Program-made: the position numbers and the translations under genes
Shown: positions 17,854 through 29,700 of the stretch, one piece after another
How the letters are laid out: each line of letters starts with the position of its first letter
Numbering within the stretch: the first letter of the stretch is position 1
From: a virus
Reading direction: 5' to 3' (one strand)
Virus record (IMG/VR): IMGVR_UViG_3300032304_000672
Span: 39,696 to 103,695 of that record
Length of the DNA: 64,000 bases
The notes under the pieces: generated by a model
The model's database searches: none
What the model saw: the letters and a program-made list of their open reading frames with translations, nothing else
Told to the model about the DNA's origin: nothing

Positions 17854-18918
17854 ATGAGTAATGAACTATTAGCGAAGACAATCGCAGCAGGTACAACTGC
17901 TACAGGCACATTCACTTCCATTGCTGACACAGGTTCTAACGTAACTGGTGTTCATCAGGGCAGCGAAGCAGGCAACGGCGGTCTTCTAAACGCAGAACAA
18001 TCAGCTCGCTTCCTGGACTACATGTTCGACGCTACCGTAATCGGTAAGGTCGCACGTACTGTCCGAATGAGAGCAGACACAACTGAGATTGATCGTATGT
18101 CAGTAGGCGAGAAGCTTATGAAGCTCGCAACTGAAGGAGATGACACAGCAGCAAACAGCGCTGTAACTTTCTCAAAGATCTCTCTCACAACAAAGAAACT
18201 TCGTCTAGATTGGGAACTTTCAACTGAGTCTCTAGAAGACAATATTGAAGGTCCAGACCTAGAAGATCACATTGCACGTATGATGGCAACACAGGCAGGT
18301 AACGATATTGAAGACGTAGTCCTCAATGGAAATACAGCTCTTTCATCAGACGCACTATACAAGTCATTTGACGGTGTAGTAAAGAAGGCTAAGGCCTATG
18401 GACACGTTGTAGACGCAGGTGGAGCTGCAGTAAGCCGTGCTGTATTTAACAGCGCTCTTAAGGCTCTTCCACGTAAGTACAAGCAACGTCGTGCAGACCT
18501 TCGTTTCTTGGCAGGATCAAACCTAATCCAAGACTTCCTATATGCTAACAGCATTGGAACAAACAACACAATTCCACAGGATATCGCTTCAAGCGTAATC
18601 CGTGGTCAAGGTGTACAGCCACTAGGTGGCCCAGCAGGATATGTGGCACCATTCGCATTCGGTATTCCGATTGTTGAAGTTCCACTTCTTCCAGAGGCAC
18701 AGGATGGCGATTATTCAGGAGAGACTGGTAATCACGGAGATATCCACTTGACATTCCCAAATAACGTAGTTATTGGTATCAAGCGTGATGTAACTGTTTA
18801 TCGCTTCTTCTGGCCACGTAAGGACTCAATTGAGTACACAATGTATACTCGTGTTGGCGTCCAGATCGAGCAAGCAGACGCTTGGGTCGTTGTTAAGAAC
18901 GTTAAGGTAGCATCATAA
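17854..18918 (+). CDS. Major capsid protein (HK97 fold)
   Basis: GGLLN.EQ..RF, ELSTESLEDNIEG, D.E...LNG, FDG..K, GIPIVEVP; position; strong codon bias; followed by a terminator. Confidence 0.92.
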   Translation: MSNELLAKTIAAGTTATGTFTSIADTGSNVTGVHQGSEAGNGGLLNAEQSARFLDYMFDATVIGKVARTVRMRADTTEIDRMSVGEKLMKLATEGDDTAANSAVTFSKISLTTKKLRLDWELSTESLEDNIEGPDLEDHIARMMATQAGNDIEDVVLNGNTALSSDALYKSFDGVVKKAKAYGHVVDAGGAAVSRAVFNSALKALPRKYKQRRADLRFLAGSNLIQDFLYANSIGTNNTIPQDIASSVIRGQGVQPLGGPAGYVAPFAFGIPIVEVPLLPEAQDGDYSGETGNHGDIHLTFPNNVVIGIKRDVTVYRFFWPRKDSIEYTMYTRVGVQIEQADAWVVVKNVKVAS

Positions 18919-18940
18919 TTTAATTATTGCTAACCAGCTG

Positions 18941-18979
18941 GAAAGGCCCCCGAATTAATTTTTGGGGGCTTTTCATTTT
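18941..18979 (+). terminator. Intrinsic terminator after major capsid gene
   Basis: gaaaggccccc-gaattaattttt-gggggcttttc followed by atttt. Confidence 0.8.
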
Positions 18980-19025
18980 AATTTAGTAATGCTATAATTG
19001 TTTAGAGTAGAAATAGGAGATTTAC

Positions 19026-19427
19026 ATGTCATTTGAGACATTGAAGGTTTCAGAAATAAAGAAAATTGCAGAAGATTTTGCAGTTGATACAGACGGCTTA
19101 AAAAATAAAGCCGATATTATTGCGGCCCTTGCAGAAGAAGGCGTAACCTGGTCTGTATATAACAAGACCATTGAAAAGATGGAAGAAGACGAAGAAGATA
19201 TGGCAGTAGAGGTATTACCTAAGTTCGATCCAAAGGCGGAACATCCAGAGGATACAGTGCTAGTAAGAATGACCAGAGCTAATTTTAGATATGATATTAT
19301 GGGGTATACGTTCACAAAAGAGCACCCATTTGTAGCAATGCATAAAGAAGATGCTCAAGAAATTTTTGACAGGGAGGAAGGGTTTAGATTAGCAACTCCA
19401 AAGGAAGTTCAGGAGTATTACAACTAA
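19026..19427 (+). CDS. Head-associated protein with N-terminal Rho-N/HeH-like motif
   Basis: LKVSEIKKIAEDF.V...GLKNKADIIAAL; TGCTATAAT and AGGAG upstream. Confidence 0.6.
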   Translation: MSFETLKVSEIKKIAEDFAVDTDGLKNKADIIAALAEEGVTWSVYNKTIEKMEEDEEDMAVEVLPKFDPKAEHPEDTVLVRMTRANFRYDIMGYTFTKEHPFVAMHKEDAQEIFDREEGFRLATPKEVQEYYN

Positions 19428-19440
19428 CTAAACCTACACT

Positions 19441-20415
19441 ATGGAAATTTATGTAGGATCAACTAACCCAGTAAAACACAAAGTGTTTTGGAGGGGCGAA
19501 CCAACAGACGCAGACTCTAACCCAACAGTTACAGTTTATGATATTACCAACGATCCAGAAACAAACATAAATCCAAACACTGCTTTGTACTCAAATCTGG
19601 CTACCGAGAAAGCAGAAACTGACATTGGTGTTTATAATTTAAATCTACCAGTAAATGCAACATATAAGTCTAGAGAATTAAAACTTGTATGGTCTTATGT
19701 CGTTCAAGGCAGCTCTCAGTCTAAAGAACATAAACTATTCGTGGTTGTTCCTTACGTAGACCTTGCTCAGGCCTCTGATAGTTTAGGTGTTGGAAATGAT
19801 CCATCGGATCCGAATTATAAAACATTTAATGAAATATCTGCAGCTGAAAGATATGCTCGTAAAGTAATAGAAAATCACACAGGCCAAAAGTTTTACACAT
19901 ATTCAGAGACATGTTCTGTTTACGGCGTAGATTCAGACACTCTTGTGTTACCTTCTAGAATAGAGTCCTTATATAAGTTATATTCAAATGACATACTTTT
20001 AGAAGACAATTTAAATAATATTGATAATTGGAATTATAAGGTAGATGTTACTGAGAGCGGATTTGGTTTGCGTATAAATAGAGCCAACATGCTCGATAAT
20101 ACAGTTTACACTGCAAATGGCATGGTTCCTCCAACAATTCATGATTACTCTGGTATTTTTAAAAGAGGAGTAAGATATAAAGTATTTGGAAAATTTGGAT
20201 GGGACGAAGTTCCAGATGAAGTAGAGCTAGCAACAATAGAATTAATGAAAGATTATTTTTCTAAAGATAATCTATGGAGAAATAAGTACATCAATAAGAT
20301 CTCAACATTTGACTGGGATTTTGAGTACGGAAGCGGATCAACTTCAGGAACTGGAAATCTGTATGCAGATCAATTGCTTTCAGACTATGTAGTTTCTAAA
20401 GTTATACTTATCTAA
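19441..20415 (+). CDS. Head-to-tail adaptor
   Basis: AERYAR..IE..TGQ.F, GW.EVPDEV..A...L, TGN..AD.LL..Y; position after the capsid gene. Confidence 0.7.
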   Translation: MEIYVGSTNPVKHKVFWRGEPTDADSNPTVTVYDITNDPETNINPNTALYSNLATEKAETDIGVYNLNLPVNATYKSRELKLVWSYVVQGSSQSKEHKLFVVVPYVDLAQASDSLGVGNDPSDPNYKTFNEISAAERYARKVIENHTGQKFYTYSETCSVYGVDSDTLVLPSRIESLYKLYSNDILLEDNLNNIDNWNYKVDVTESGFGLRINRANMLDNTVYTANGMVPPTIHDYSGIFKRGVRYKVFGKFGWDEVPDEVELATIELMKDYFSKDNLWRNKYINKISTFDWDFEYGSGSTSGTGNLYADQLLSDYVVSKVILI

Positions 20416-20843
20416 TGAATGGAATTATAGACTCAGTCCTGTCTATGAATTTAGATGTTTACAAACAATTTGAAGTTCAAGACACTGATACAGGAGCAAT
20501 CGTTAGAGAGTGGAACTATTACAGAACCGTTCCCTGCCACGTAAAAGGAGTTATTAGCAACTCTGCTACTACTAGGTCTAGCGACAAGCAACTATTTTCA
20601 AACAAATATATAAACGATCAGGTTATTCAAGTACGAACAATAGAAAAGTTAACTATTAGAGAAAAAGTTACAAACATTAGAGACTCTCAGGGGAACGCCA
20701 TTTGGACAGAAATTAATTATCCTAATGATACCCCTACAGTTTTTGAAGTAATGGGAACTACTCCAGTCACAGATCCTTTTGGAAGAGTAATAGGATACAA
20801 CTCAGCAATGAAGAGATCGGAGAATCAGCAAATTGGACAATAG
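20415..20843 (+). CDS. Head closure/stopper protein
   Basis: Q..DTGAI.REW...RTVPC; size and synteny. Confidence 0.6.
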   Translation: MNGIIDSVLSMNLDVYKQFEVQDTDTGAIVREWNYYRTVPCHVKGVISNSATTRSSDKQLFSNKYINDQVIQVRTIEKLTIREKVTNIRDSQGNAIWTEINYPNDTPTVFEVMGTTPVTDPFGRVIGYNSAMKRSENQQIGQ

Positions 20844-21615
20844 CGGAATGCTGATTCAAGCGGCAAGCGGACTTGAAAGAATGATGTACGCAAATCAAAA
20901 CGGACCACTGAAAGATAGTACAGTTGCACAGATATCAGCTTATGTATATTATGAGGCAGCCGTAATATCTAAGCTTACAACAAATGCTAAATTTAAAGCA
21001 GCATTTACAAAGATAATGTTTGACCAGATAGATACAGATTTTGGCAACTATATTGATGCACTGGCAAGATCAAAACCTAAATCACTACATCATGTTTATG
21101 AATGGAAAAAGTCAGGAAACAAGTCTTCAAGACTTTTTAAGCTTAATAAGATTTCAGATGATGGATTATCATTTAGAGTAAACTACACACTACTTCCCTC
21201 AAAGTCTATGGTGCCTACAACAAACGGTAAAAGAAGACACGTATTTGTAAACAAAGCTTCTATAATGGAAGAAGGAAAGCCTTTAGTAATTAGGCCAAAA
21301 AATTCAGATAGACTTGTTTTTCAAGTTGACGGAGAAACAGTATTTATGCCAAAGGGCAAATCAGTTACAGTAAAAAGACCTGGTGGATCAGCAGCAACAA
21401 ATCAATTTAGCTTAGCTCATTCAAGATTTTTTAGCGGAAGATTGGTAAACGAATCAATAAAAAGATCTGGTTTTCAAAAGATATTTAACTCAAGCCTTAC
21501 TAAAGCCTTAAGCGTTCCTGCTGATATTAAAAAGGTTCAGTATTCATTTTCACCAAATACAATTAAGTCTCAGGCAGATGCAGCATTAACTGCGTCATTT
21601 GGAGGTGCAATGTGA
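20833..21615 (+). CDS. Neck/tail-completion protein
   Basis: Basic 260-aa protein between the stopper and terminator genes; assignment by synteny. Confidence 0.5.
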   Translation: MDNSGMLIQAASGLERMMYANQNGPLKDSTVAQISAYVYYEAAVISKLTTNAKFKAAFTKIMFDQIDTDFGNYIDALARSKPKSLHHVYEWKKSGNKSSRLFKLNKISDDGLSFRVNYTLLPSKSMVPTTNGKRRHVFVNKASIMEEGKPLVIRPKNSDRLVFQVDGETVFMPKGKSVTVKRPGGSAATNQFSLAHSRFFSGRLVNESIKRSGFQKIFNSSLTKALSVPADIKKVQYSFSPNTIKSQADAALTASFGGAM

Positions 21616-22124
21616 CGGCTAACTATAAATTAGATGCGATGCTTGAACTAAGAAAGTATCTATGGAAAGAGCTATATACAAGAAATATATTTGACGAGGA
21701 TGATTACTGGTCAGACAATCTAAATGAAAATATAGTTCCAATTATTCCAGTTCAACAGTCTGCCGAAATGAATCAATTCTTGAGCGGAAAGAAGCATATA
21801 GTCTATGATAAGATTGGAATGTCATATGATGACAACTGGCTAATATGCTGCGAGCAGATCTTGTTTACTCTATATTCAACTTCAGTAGCAGAGATTAATG
21901 AGATTAGAAACTATATGACTGATGAGTTTAGAAGAATGGATGAGTCAGCTAGAGACATAAATCAATGGTCAGGGCTTTCAGATAAGTTTAAATTTCATAC
22001 TATTTGGGTTGCCGATATCTCCCCTACAGCCCCATCAGAAGAGCTTCAGGGATTTTTCTCTGCTGAGGTTATCTTAGAAATAAAGTATTCAAGAATTACA
22101 GACGGTCAGGGCAGGTTCCTTTAG
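21612..22124 (+). CDS. Tail terminator protein
   Basis: 170 aa immediately before the major tail gene; assignment by synteny. Confidence 0.55.
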   Translation: MTANYKLDAMLELRKYLWKELYTRNIFDEDDYWSDNLNENIVPIIPVQQSAEMNQFLSGKKHIVYDKIGMSYDDNWLICCEQILFTLYSTSVAEINEIRNYMTDEFRRMDESARDINQWSGLSDKFKFHTIWVADISPTAPSEELQGFFSAEVILEIKYSRITDGQGRFL

Positions 22125-22127
22125 GGT

Positions 22128-22156
22128 TTGCCTTTTTACCCTTAATGCAATAGAAT
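22128..22156 (+). promoter_or_regulatory. Promoter TTGCCT-17-TAGAAT for major tail gene
   Basis: Exact 17-nt spacing; ~85-nt leader ending in an AGGAGGT SD. Confidence 0.55.
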
Positions 22157-22248
22157 TATACCAAGAGGGAAGAGGCCTAGCCAGCCAAGATTTAAAATTT
22201 GATTTTACAATTTAATAACCAAAGAATTCCAGGAGGTGGAAACACAAT

Positions 22249-23001
22249 ATGGCACAAAATACAGGTAATGCTAGAAACATTCTCGTAGGTGCATCCCCAT
22301 TGTTTATTTCGAATATCGATTCAACATCAGCAGGATATGCAACATACGAAAACTCAGAACCAGGATCAGCCAACGCAGGTGCGCTTGTACCAGGAACATC
22401 CTATACAGACACACTTAACGGCATTGATTCAGGTACATTCTACTACAGAAACGTAGGATTTACTAACAATGGTTTGCAAATTACTTACAACCCAACATAT
22501 GATTCAGTAACAGTGGATCAGCTTCTTGATACAGCTAAGCTGTTCAAGTCTGCTATGGAGGTCATGATCGCAACTGAAATGTCAGAAGGTACACTAGAAA
22601 ACGTTCTAGTAGTATTCGGACAGCCAGACGATCCAACAAACAACTCTGCAATTACTCAGGATAATACAATTATCAAGAGTGGCGCAGGAACATCACACAA
22701 GACTACACTAGGACTTGCAGCAGGAGCTCTCGGTATTGCACCAACAGAGCGTCAGCTTATTGCAGTTGGTCAAGCACCAACAAGACTAGCTTCAGGAGTT
22801 TCTCTTGCAGAAACTAACGTGGCAAAATCAGAGCGTGTATACTATGGGCGTCGTGTCCTTTCAGTACAGCAATCAGCTTTCACACTAGCTAGATCAGCCC
22901 CAACTACATTCCCAGTAACATTCCGTCTTCTTCCAACCGCTACTAGCGGATACGAAGGACAAGAGTACGGTAAGATTATTGACCGTGTACTAACAGTATA
23001 A
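22249..23001 (+). CDS. Major tail (tube) protein
   Basis: NILVGA, VG.T..GL...Y.P....VTVDQ, T...E.TLEN, FPVTFRLLP; followed by a terminator. No sheath gene is present. Confidence 0.85.
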   Translation: MAQNTGNARNILVGASPLFISNIDSTSAGYATYENSEPGSANAGALVPGTSYTDTLNGIDSGTFYYRNVGFTNNGLQITYNPTYDSVTVDQLLDTAKLFKSAMEVMIATEMSEGTLENVLVVFGQPDDPTNNSAITQDNTIIKSGAGTSHKTTLGLAAGALGIAPTERQLIAVGQAPTRLASGVSLAETNVAKSERVYYGRRVLSVQQSAFTLARSAPTTFPVTFRLLPTATSGYEGQEYGKIIDRVLTV

Positions 23002-23020
23002 TAATTTATTAATTATTCTA

Positions 23021-23050
23021 CAGGGCCCCCAAGAAATTGGGGGCTTTTGT
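23021..23050 (+). terminator. Intrinsic terminator after major tail gene
   Basis: agggcccccaa-gaaa-ttgggggctttt. Confidence 0.8.
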
Positions 23051-23110
23051 GGTTGTATTAGTATATTTCTTTTAGTATAATGAATATGACTAGATCCTAG
23101 GAGGATTAAA

Positions 23111-23443
23111 TTGGCAACAACAGTATATGACGTAGAAGAGGTTCAGCTACAAAACGGGCAGACCGTAAAGCTAAAGCCTTTATCAATTAAAGAACTTCGT
23201 AAGTTCATGATAGCAATTAAGAAGACAGCAGAATCTCAAACAGAAGATGACACTCTAAACATCCTAATTGATGCATGTGCAATTGCACTAGAAAAGCAGC
23301 TTCCAGAATTGGTCGCAGACAGAGAAGCATTTGAAGATGCTATCGATGTACCAACAATGAATCGCATACTTGAAGTTTGCGGAGGAATTAAACTTGACGA
23401 CCCAAACCTACTAGCGGCAGCGGTTCTGGCTGGTCAGAACTAG
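23111..23443 (+). CDS. Tail assembly chaperone (G-like, TTG start)
   Basis: Between major tail and tape measure genes; SD AGGAGG. Confidence 0.8.
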   Translation: MATTVYDVEEVQLQNGQTVKLKPLSIKELRKFMIAIKKTAESQTEDDTLNILIDACAIALEKQLPELVADREAFEDAIDVPTMNRILEVCGGIKLDDPNLLAAAVLAGQN

Positions 23444-23775
23444 ATTTAGCCGCTTTAGAAGGAGAAGTTTTCGTACTTGGACATTGGAAGAATTACGAAG
23501 AACTTGAAGAAAATTTATCAATGCCAGAACTTATAAATACTCTGCAGGCTTTAAAGAAAAAGGATTACGAAGATAAAAAATTCTTTGCATCTTTAAAGGG
23601 AATAGATATAGGTGATAATCAAAATGATAAAAATGGAGGTCCTACTTTCGAAGACATGGAGTTAAGGGCAGCAGGAATAAATGCAGCAGGTAACGATGTG
23701 GTTTCTTTACAAGGAAGATTCGCAGCTCAGGCTGGTTTTGGAATTGGTGAAGGATTAGGATACTCAAGGGAGTAG
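23401..23775 (+). CDS. Tail assembly chaperone -1 frameshift extension (GT-like; fusion 23111..23775)
   Basis: Slippery C CCA AAC at 23401-23407. The -1 frame is open from 23398 to 23775 (PKPTSGSGSGWSELDLAALEGEVF...). Confidence 0.8.
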   Translation, partial: PKPTSGSGSGWSELDLAALEGEVFVLGHWKNYEELEENLSMPELINTLQALKKKDYEDKKFFASLKGIDIGDNQNDKNGGPTFEDMELRAAGINAAGNDVVSLQGRFAAQAGFGIGEGLGYSRE

Positions 23776-23786
23776 TTTGAATATAA

Positions 23787-26700
23787 ATGGCTGACGAAAC
23801 AATCAGTACCCGAATAGTCGCTAATGCCGACTTCTCATCCCTTATTGCCGATGTGCATAAGGTTACTGCCAGCCTATCCAAATTACAGGAACAATTAGCT
23901 AACTCCAATAAAATGATGGCAAATCAAATTGCTGTCATGAATAGATCTTTTTCAGATACACTAAGAAGCACTGGCCAGTTCTCGACACACTTTGTAAGTC
24001 TTCAGTCAGATGTAGAAAAGTTTGGTAAAAATCTTGATGGTGGAAAGCTAAAGCTAAATCAATATTTTAATACTTTTAGAGATCAAGCTAGAACATCTGG
24101 CGGACTTATAAGAGATCTGGCAAAACAACAAGTAGCCCTACAAAATTCAGTATTACAACCGCTAGGCAGAAACGCACAAGGATTAATGCAATTCAATGTG
24201 CATGTTCCAAGAGGGCTAGATGAAGTAAAGAATAAGACTGCAATTGCAAGACAAGAATTGCAGATTATGAATAAAGTTATTCAAGATGGTGCAACTGGAC
24301 TTATTAACTGGGGTAAAAATACTCAGTGGGCAGGTCGTCAGTTAACAGTTGGATTAACAGTCCCACTTGTAGCATTTGGAGCACAAGCCGCTAAAGCATT
24401 TAGAGAAGCAGATCAAGAACTAGTTCGTTTAACTAAGGTTTACGGAGATGTTGCAGGAACATCATCAGCAGAACTAGGAAGAATTAGAGATGATGTATCT
24501 GCTACCGCAAAAGAAATTTCTGCTGCAATGGGTGTTTCGTTTAAAGAAACAATTGGTTTAGCAGCTGATATTGCAGCAACTGGTAAAACTGGAGATGAGC
24601 TTCTAGGTTCAATTAAAGAAACAACTAGACTTGCAGTACTTGGTGAAGTAGATCGTCAAGAGGCAATGAAAGCAACACTGGCTATTCAGTCAGCATTTAA
24701 GCAAAACACAGATCAACTTTCAGAGTCTATTAACTTTCTTAACGCAGTTGAAAACCAAACTTCAACAACTCTAAACGATCTTGTAGAAGCAATTCCAAAA
24801 GCAGGTCCAGTAATTCAAGGACTAGGCGGAAGCGTACAAGACTTAGCACTTTATTTAACTGCTATGCGTGAAGGTGGTATTAATGCATCAGAAGGTGCAA
24901 ACGCACTTAAGTCAGCATTAGCTTCTTTGATTAACCCAACAGATGTTGCAGTAGGAAAGTTTCAGACTTTAGGAATAGATCTTTTAGGAATTGTAAATAA
25001 TAATGCTGGCAATCTAACTGGCACATTAATGGCTCTACAAGGAGCATTAGATAATTTAGATCCACTTCAAAAGCAACAGGCAATCGAACAGTTATTCGGT
25101 AAATTCCAGTTCTCAAGACTTAATGCTTTATTTGAAAATTTAGGAAGACAGGGAAGCCAGACCTTACAAGTATTAGATCTTATGAAGGCTTCTACTGGAG
25201 AGCTAGCTTCTGTGGCAGATCGAGAATTAGCAGCAGTAACTGAATCTGCTTCTGGTAAATATCGTAGAGCAATAGAAAGCTTAAGAGCATCTTTAGCTGA
25301 AGTTGGAGAACAATTCTTAACTATCAATACTGTTCTTATTCAGGTAATAGACAAGGTTGTGCAATTTGCCAATAACCTACCAGGACCAGTAAAACAAATA
25401 TTAGCTCTTGCAGGTGGAGTTACAGCAATCATTGGTCCAGTAATTATGTTAACTGGTGTTCTTGCTAACTTCTTTGGATATTTGCTAAAGGGTGCTTTCC
25501 ACATGAAGGCATTTCTTAAGGGTGGAGAAGGCTGGAAATATCTAACACCAGAAATGCTAGCAGCAGAAAAAGCTGGTAAATTAGTTGAACAAACATTTTA
25601 TAGCGATGCAAAAGCAGCGGCGGTACTGCAACAGGCACTAAGAAACTTACTAGATGAATTTGCAATACTAGAACAAAAAGCAAAATCAGGAGCAATGTCA
25701 GTAAATCCAGCAGTATCAACAATGGCTGGAAACCTTGTCATGGGCGCAGGTGGAAGAGTAGTAAATCCACAACACCCATTAGCTGGTGCAATGGGATCAA
25801 GAGCAAGTTCTCACATGGTTCCAAGAGCGGGCATGACAGAGGCTGAGAGGCTCTCACAGACGATGTTTGGCATGGTTCCAGGTTCTGGACCAGTAAATCA
25901 AAAGATTGGCCAAAACCCTCAAATTTATATGAATGATGCTCTTCCAAATGTTCCTGGATTAACTACAGTTGGCGGTGTATCAACTGGTGTAGTTGCTGGA
26001 GAAGCTGCAAGATGGCATGCAATGATGGCAACGCTTTCAATGCAATCAAAGGCGGAGATAGAAGCATTGAAGAAGCAAATAGTTGCTACTGGCGTAGTAA
26101 GCAAAGACTTTATGATGCAGTTTGATGATATTTTGCCAGTTGTATCTAAACTAACAGATAATGCTGCAAGAGAATCTGCAGTAATTGTTGCAGAACTTCG
26201 TGCAGGTAAACTAACTGTAGAATCAGCTAAAGCAAAAATAATTGCTCTTAATTTAGAAACAGAAAGAATGATTGCCTCTGCAGTTGGATCACAAGCTACT
26301 GCAATGGGAAGAACAATTAATCCAACAATGGTTCCTACATTAAATCAGCCAGTGGTGGATGCTGCTGGTAAGTCTAATATGAGAGAGTTATTTAAAAAGG
26401 GAAAAACAAGAGACTTTATAAATAAGATAGCTGGCGTACTTGGAGTTAGAACATCAGGTGCTGGATATAATATTGAAACAACTGTTCCACGAAAGATGAA
26501 TTCTGGTGGATATGTTTATACAATGAATGATGGAAACATTGTTCCAGGACCAAATGTAAATGCAGATGTTGTTCCAGCTATGCTTACTCCTGGAGAATTT
26601 GTTGTAAACGCAAAATCTACAAGGCAAAATCTTCCGTTGCTTCAGGCTATCAATAGTCAGAGTGGTTCAGATTTACCAATAGGATATATGCCTCCTAAAG

Positions 26701-29700
26701 TTAGCGACTCTGTGCTAGGAATATTCGGAGAAAGACCAAGGAGTCGTGGATCCTCATCTCCAGGTACTTTGGTAGGTCGCTGGGGAATGATCATGCCTGA
26801 AACTATTAATGGCGCATTAGCACAAAAATTAAATAGTCCAGGAGCGAAAGGGTCGGACCTTATTGCATTATTACAACAACCAGATAGATTAATAGACTTA
26901 GAAGATTTTCTTTCTTATAATGGAGTAGATCCAAAAGATATTAATATTGTAAAAAGAAAAGTCGCAGCAGACATGGCTCGTCAAATTCAACCAAATGCTT
27001 ACTATGCAGACGGAGGATTTGGAAACATTGCCATGAGTTCAACACAAAAAGTTGTTTCTGGACTAGAAAATAAATACCCTGGAATTAGTTTAAAATTTCA
27101 AAAAGATAGAATGACTCCTGGAAGAAGAGATACTTTAAGAAGACCTCGTCCTGGAGAAACACAGGCTCAAGCAAATGCTCGTGGCGGCGGTAGTCCAACA
27201 GGAATTAATTATAAAGACCAAAGGCCAAGTAATTATGGAGCAGGGGCATCCAGAGGCGCAGCATTTGGAGAAGGCCAAGTATGGGGACACTTTGGAGATC
27301 AAGAAATGCAAAGAAACACTTCGATGCTATCTAAATCTTTTGGATTCGCAAGAAAAACTCCAAACTTAATGGCAATAAAAAATGTACTTGATAGCGTATT
27401 GCCAAGAGGAAAATTTACTCCTGGTGCATACAGAGGATACAATAGAAGAAATTCTGGCGGAATTATTGGAATGAATGCTGGAGGCATGGTTCCTGCTGCA
27501 AATGGAAATAAGTACAACATGGGCGGAATGGTTCGTGGATACAACATGGGCGGAATGGTTAAGGGCCTTCTGGCTAGCACTGCAATTTACGGCGGCGGAC
27601 AGATGCTTGGAAACCAAGTAGGCGGCGGAGCAGGCGAAGCGATATCTATGGGATCATCCATACTAGGATCTTTAATTGGTTTTGGTTCTATGGGCGGTGG
27701 AGGAAATCAAGAAGGCAAGAGTCCAGGATTCTTTGGAAGACAAATGGCCAAGGTGCCAGCACAACTAAAGACTCCAATTGGTCCATTAAATAATTTAGCT
27801 ACAGCAGCATCAAGAGTTTCAGGAAACCTATCTGGAATTGCTAGAGTATTTGGCCCAGTGCTAAAGGGATTTGCATCGCTATTAAGATTTACTAGCCCGC
27901 TTGGAATAGCTATTACTGGACTTACCGCTGGCATAGGATTGTTTATTAAGATGCAAAGAGAAAAAGCAAAGGCTTTAGAAACAGGAAGACTGGCATTTGG
28001 ATTAGATGCCGCAGCTGCGGAAAAAGCAGGATTTAAATATACAGATTACAATTCTAAGATAAAGGCGGCTATTGAAGATGCAAAGGCTTTAAAAGAGCGA
28101 AACATGATGGTTTACGAAAGTATGACAAAGGCTAATGTTCCTTTAAATATGACAATTGAGCAATATAAGAAGCTTAAGGAACAAGTAAAGTCAACAATGG
28201 GAAGCTACATAGACCTGTTTAGTCAGACAGACAGAAAAGATGTTGGTCAGGTTGCTATTCAATTAAAGGCACAATTTATGGCTGCAGGAGATTCTGCAGA
28301 AGTTGCTACTGCTAAAATATTTACAATGATTAAGCAGTCTGAAAATGCTAATATGGCTGCACAAGCAATTAGCAATAATGCATTCCAAAGCATTCAAAAT
28401 ATGGAGCAGGCATCTGCTCAAACAGTAAAAACTTTTGAAGCTGCAATGAAAACTGGAGATGCTGAATCTCAAGCTAGAGCTTTACATAGTACATTTATGG
28501 CTATGGATGCTACCCTAGAAGAAACCATTTCAAAGCAGAAAGAATTAGGCGCAGCAGGAAAGGCCAATGCTGAAGAGGTTGGTAACGCAATAGAGCAGAA
28601 GCTAGATAAGATAAATGAGTCCTTTGGAAAGCAAGCAAACCTATCAAAGGATGTTATTAAGGAAATTGGAAAAACAGATCCACTGCTATCTCAAATGTTA
28701 AATAATACAGATACACTATCTAGCGCATGGGCTAAGTACAGATTGATTGTTCAAGGCCTTGCCCTTGATTTTGAATCAATGTCTGGTGAAGCAGCAACAG
28801 CTGCACTATCTTTAAATGAAATAGTAAAGGCTCAAGTTCAGCTTAATCCTGCAGTAGCCGCTGCAAATAAGAGCTACAAGGGAATGACAGACAGAATCAA
28901 GGAGCTTGAAAAGGCTCAAAAGGGTCAGTCTGTTAAAGCTCAATATAATGCTAAAGAAGAGTCTGCTAGATTACAAAAACAAATTGCAGATATTAAAAAG
29001 GCTGCTCAAGATAAAATTGAAGGAATTCGTAAAGCAACTGAGGCAGAAAATACTCAGCTAGAAATTCAGAAAGCTCAACTAAGAGCTCAGCAAGCATTGA
29101 TTCAAGGCAATATGTCTAGTTATGCTGAAGAGCAAATGTCTATTGAGCAGTTGATGAATGAGGCTAATCGCAAAGCTGCAGAAGAAGCAATTATTGCTAA
29201 GGCAGAAATTGATGTTAAACCTCTTCAAGATGCCCTGGATAACATGGCAAAAAATCAAGAGGCTATGGCTAAGAAATCAGCTCTTGCAGGAGAAAGCTTA
29301 TCTTCTCTTAGATCTAAGGCAGATAATTTTAATACAAGTCTTCAAGAATATACAACAAACCTAAACACCACAATGTTTAAGTATTTAACAGATATTAATT
29401 TTAAAGATAGTAAAGAATATCAGGCGGCGTTAACTGCTCTAGATGAACTAGGCAAGAAGTTAGGAATTAAAACTCCAAGTAAAGATGTTGTTTCGGAGCT
29501 TACAAATGCATTGAAGAATGGAATTAATGCACAAAACGTTACAATTTATACAGATAAAATTAACGAAGGTAAACTAAGAGACTATACTGGCGATCAAGCA
29601 AAAATGGCTGATGCTATTAAATCTGGCGGAGGAGATACAACAAAACCTGCTTATAATGTAAATACTCAAATCCTAACAGAAGATGCACAAAAAGCAATTA

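Noticed and set aside
23086-23100. Mini-ORF MTRS* overlapping the chaperone SD
   Set aside because: Its ATG is only 4 nt from the -10 box, probably upstream of the TSS; likely chance.
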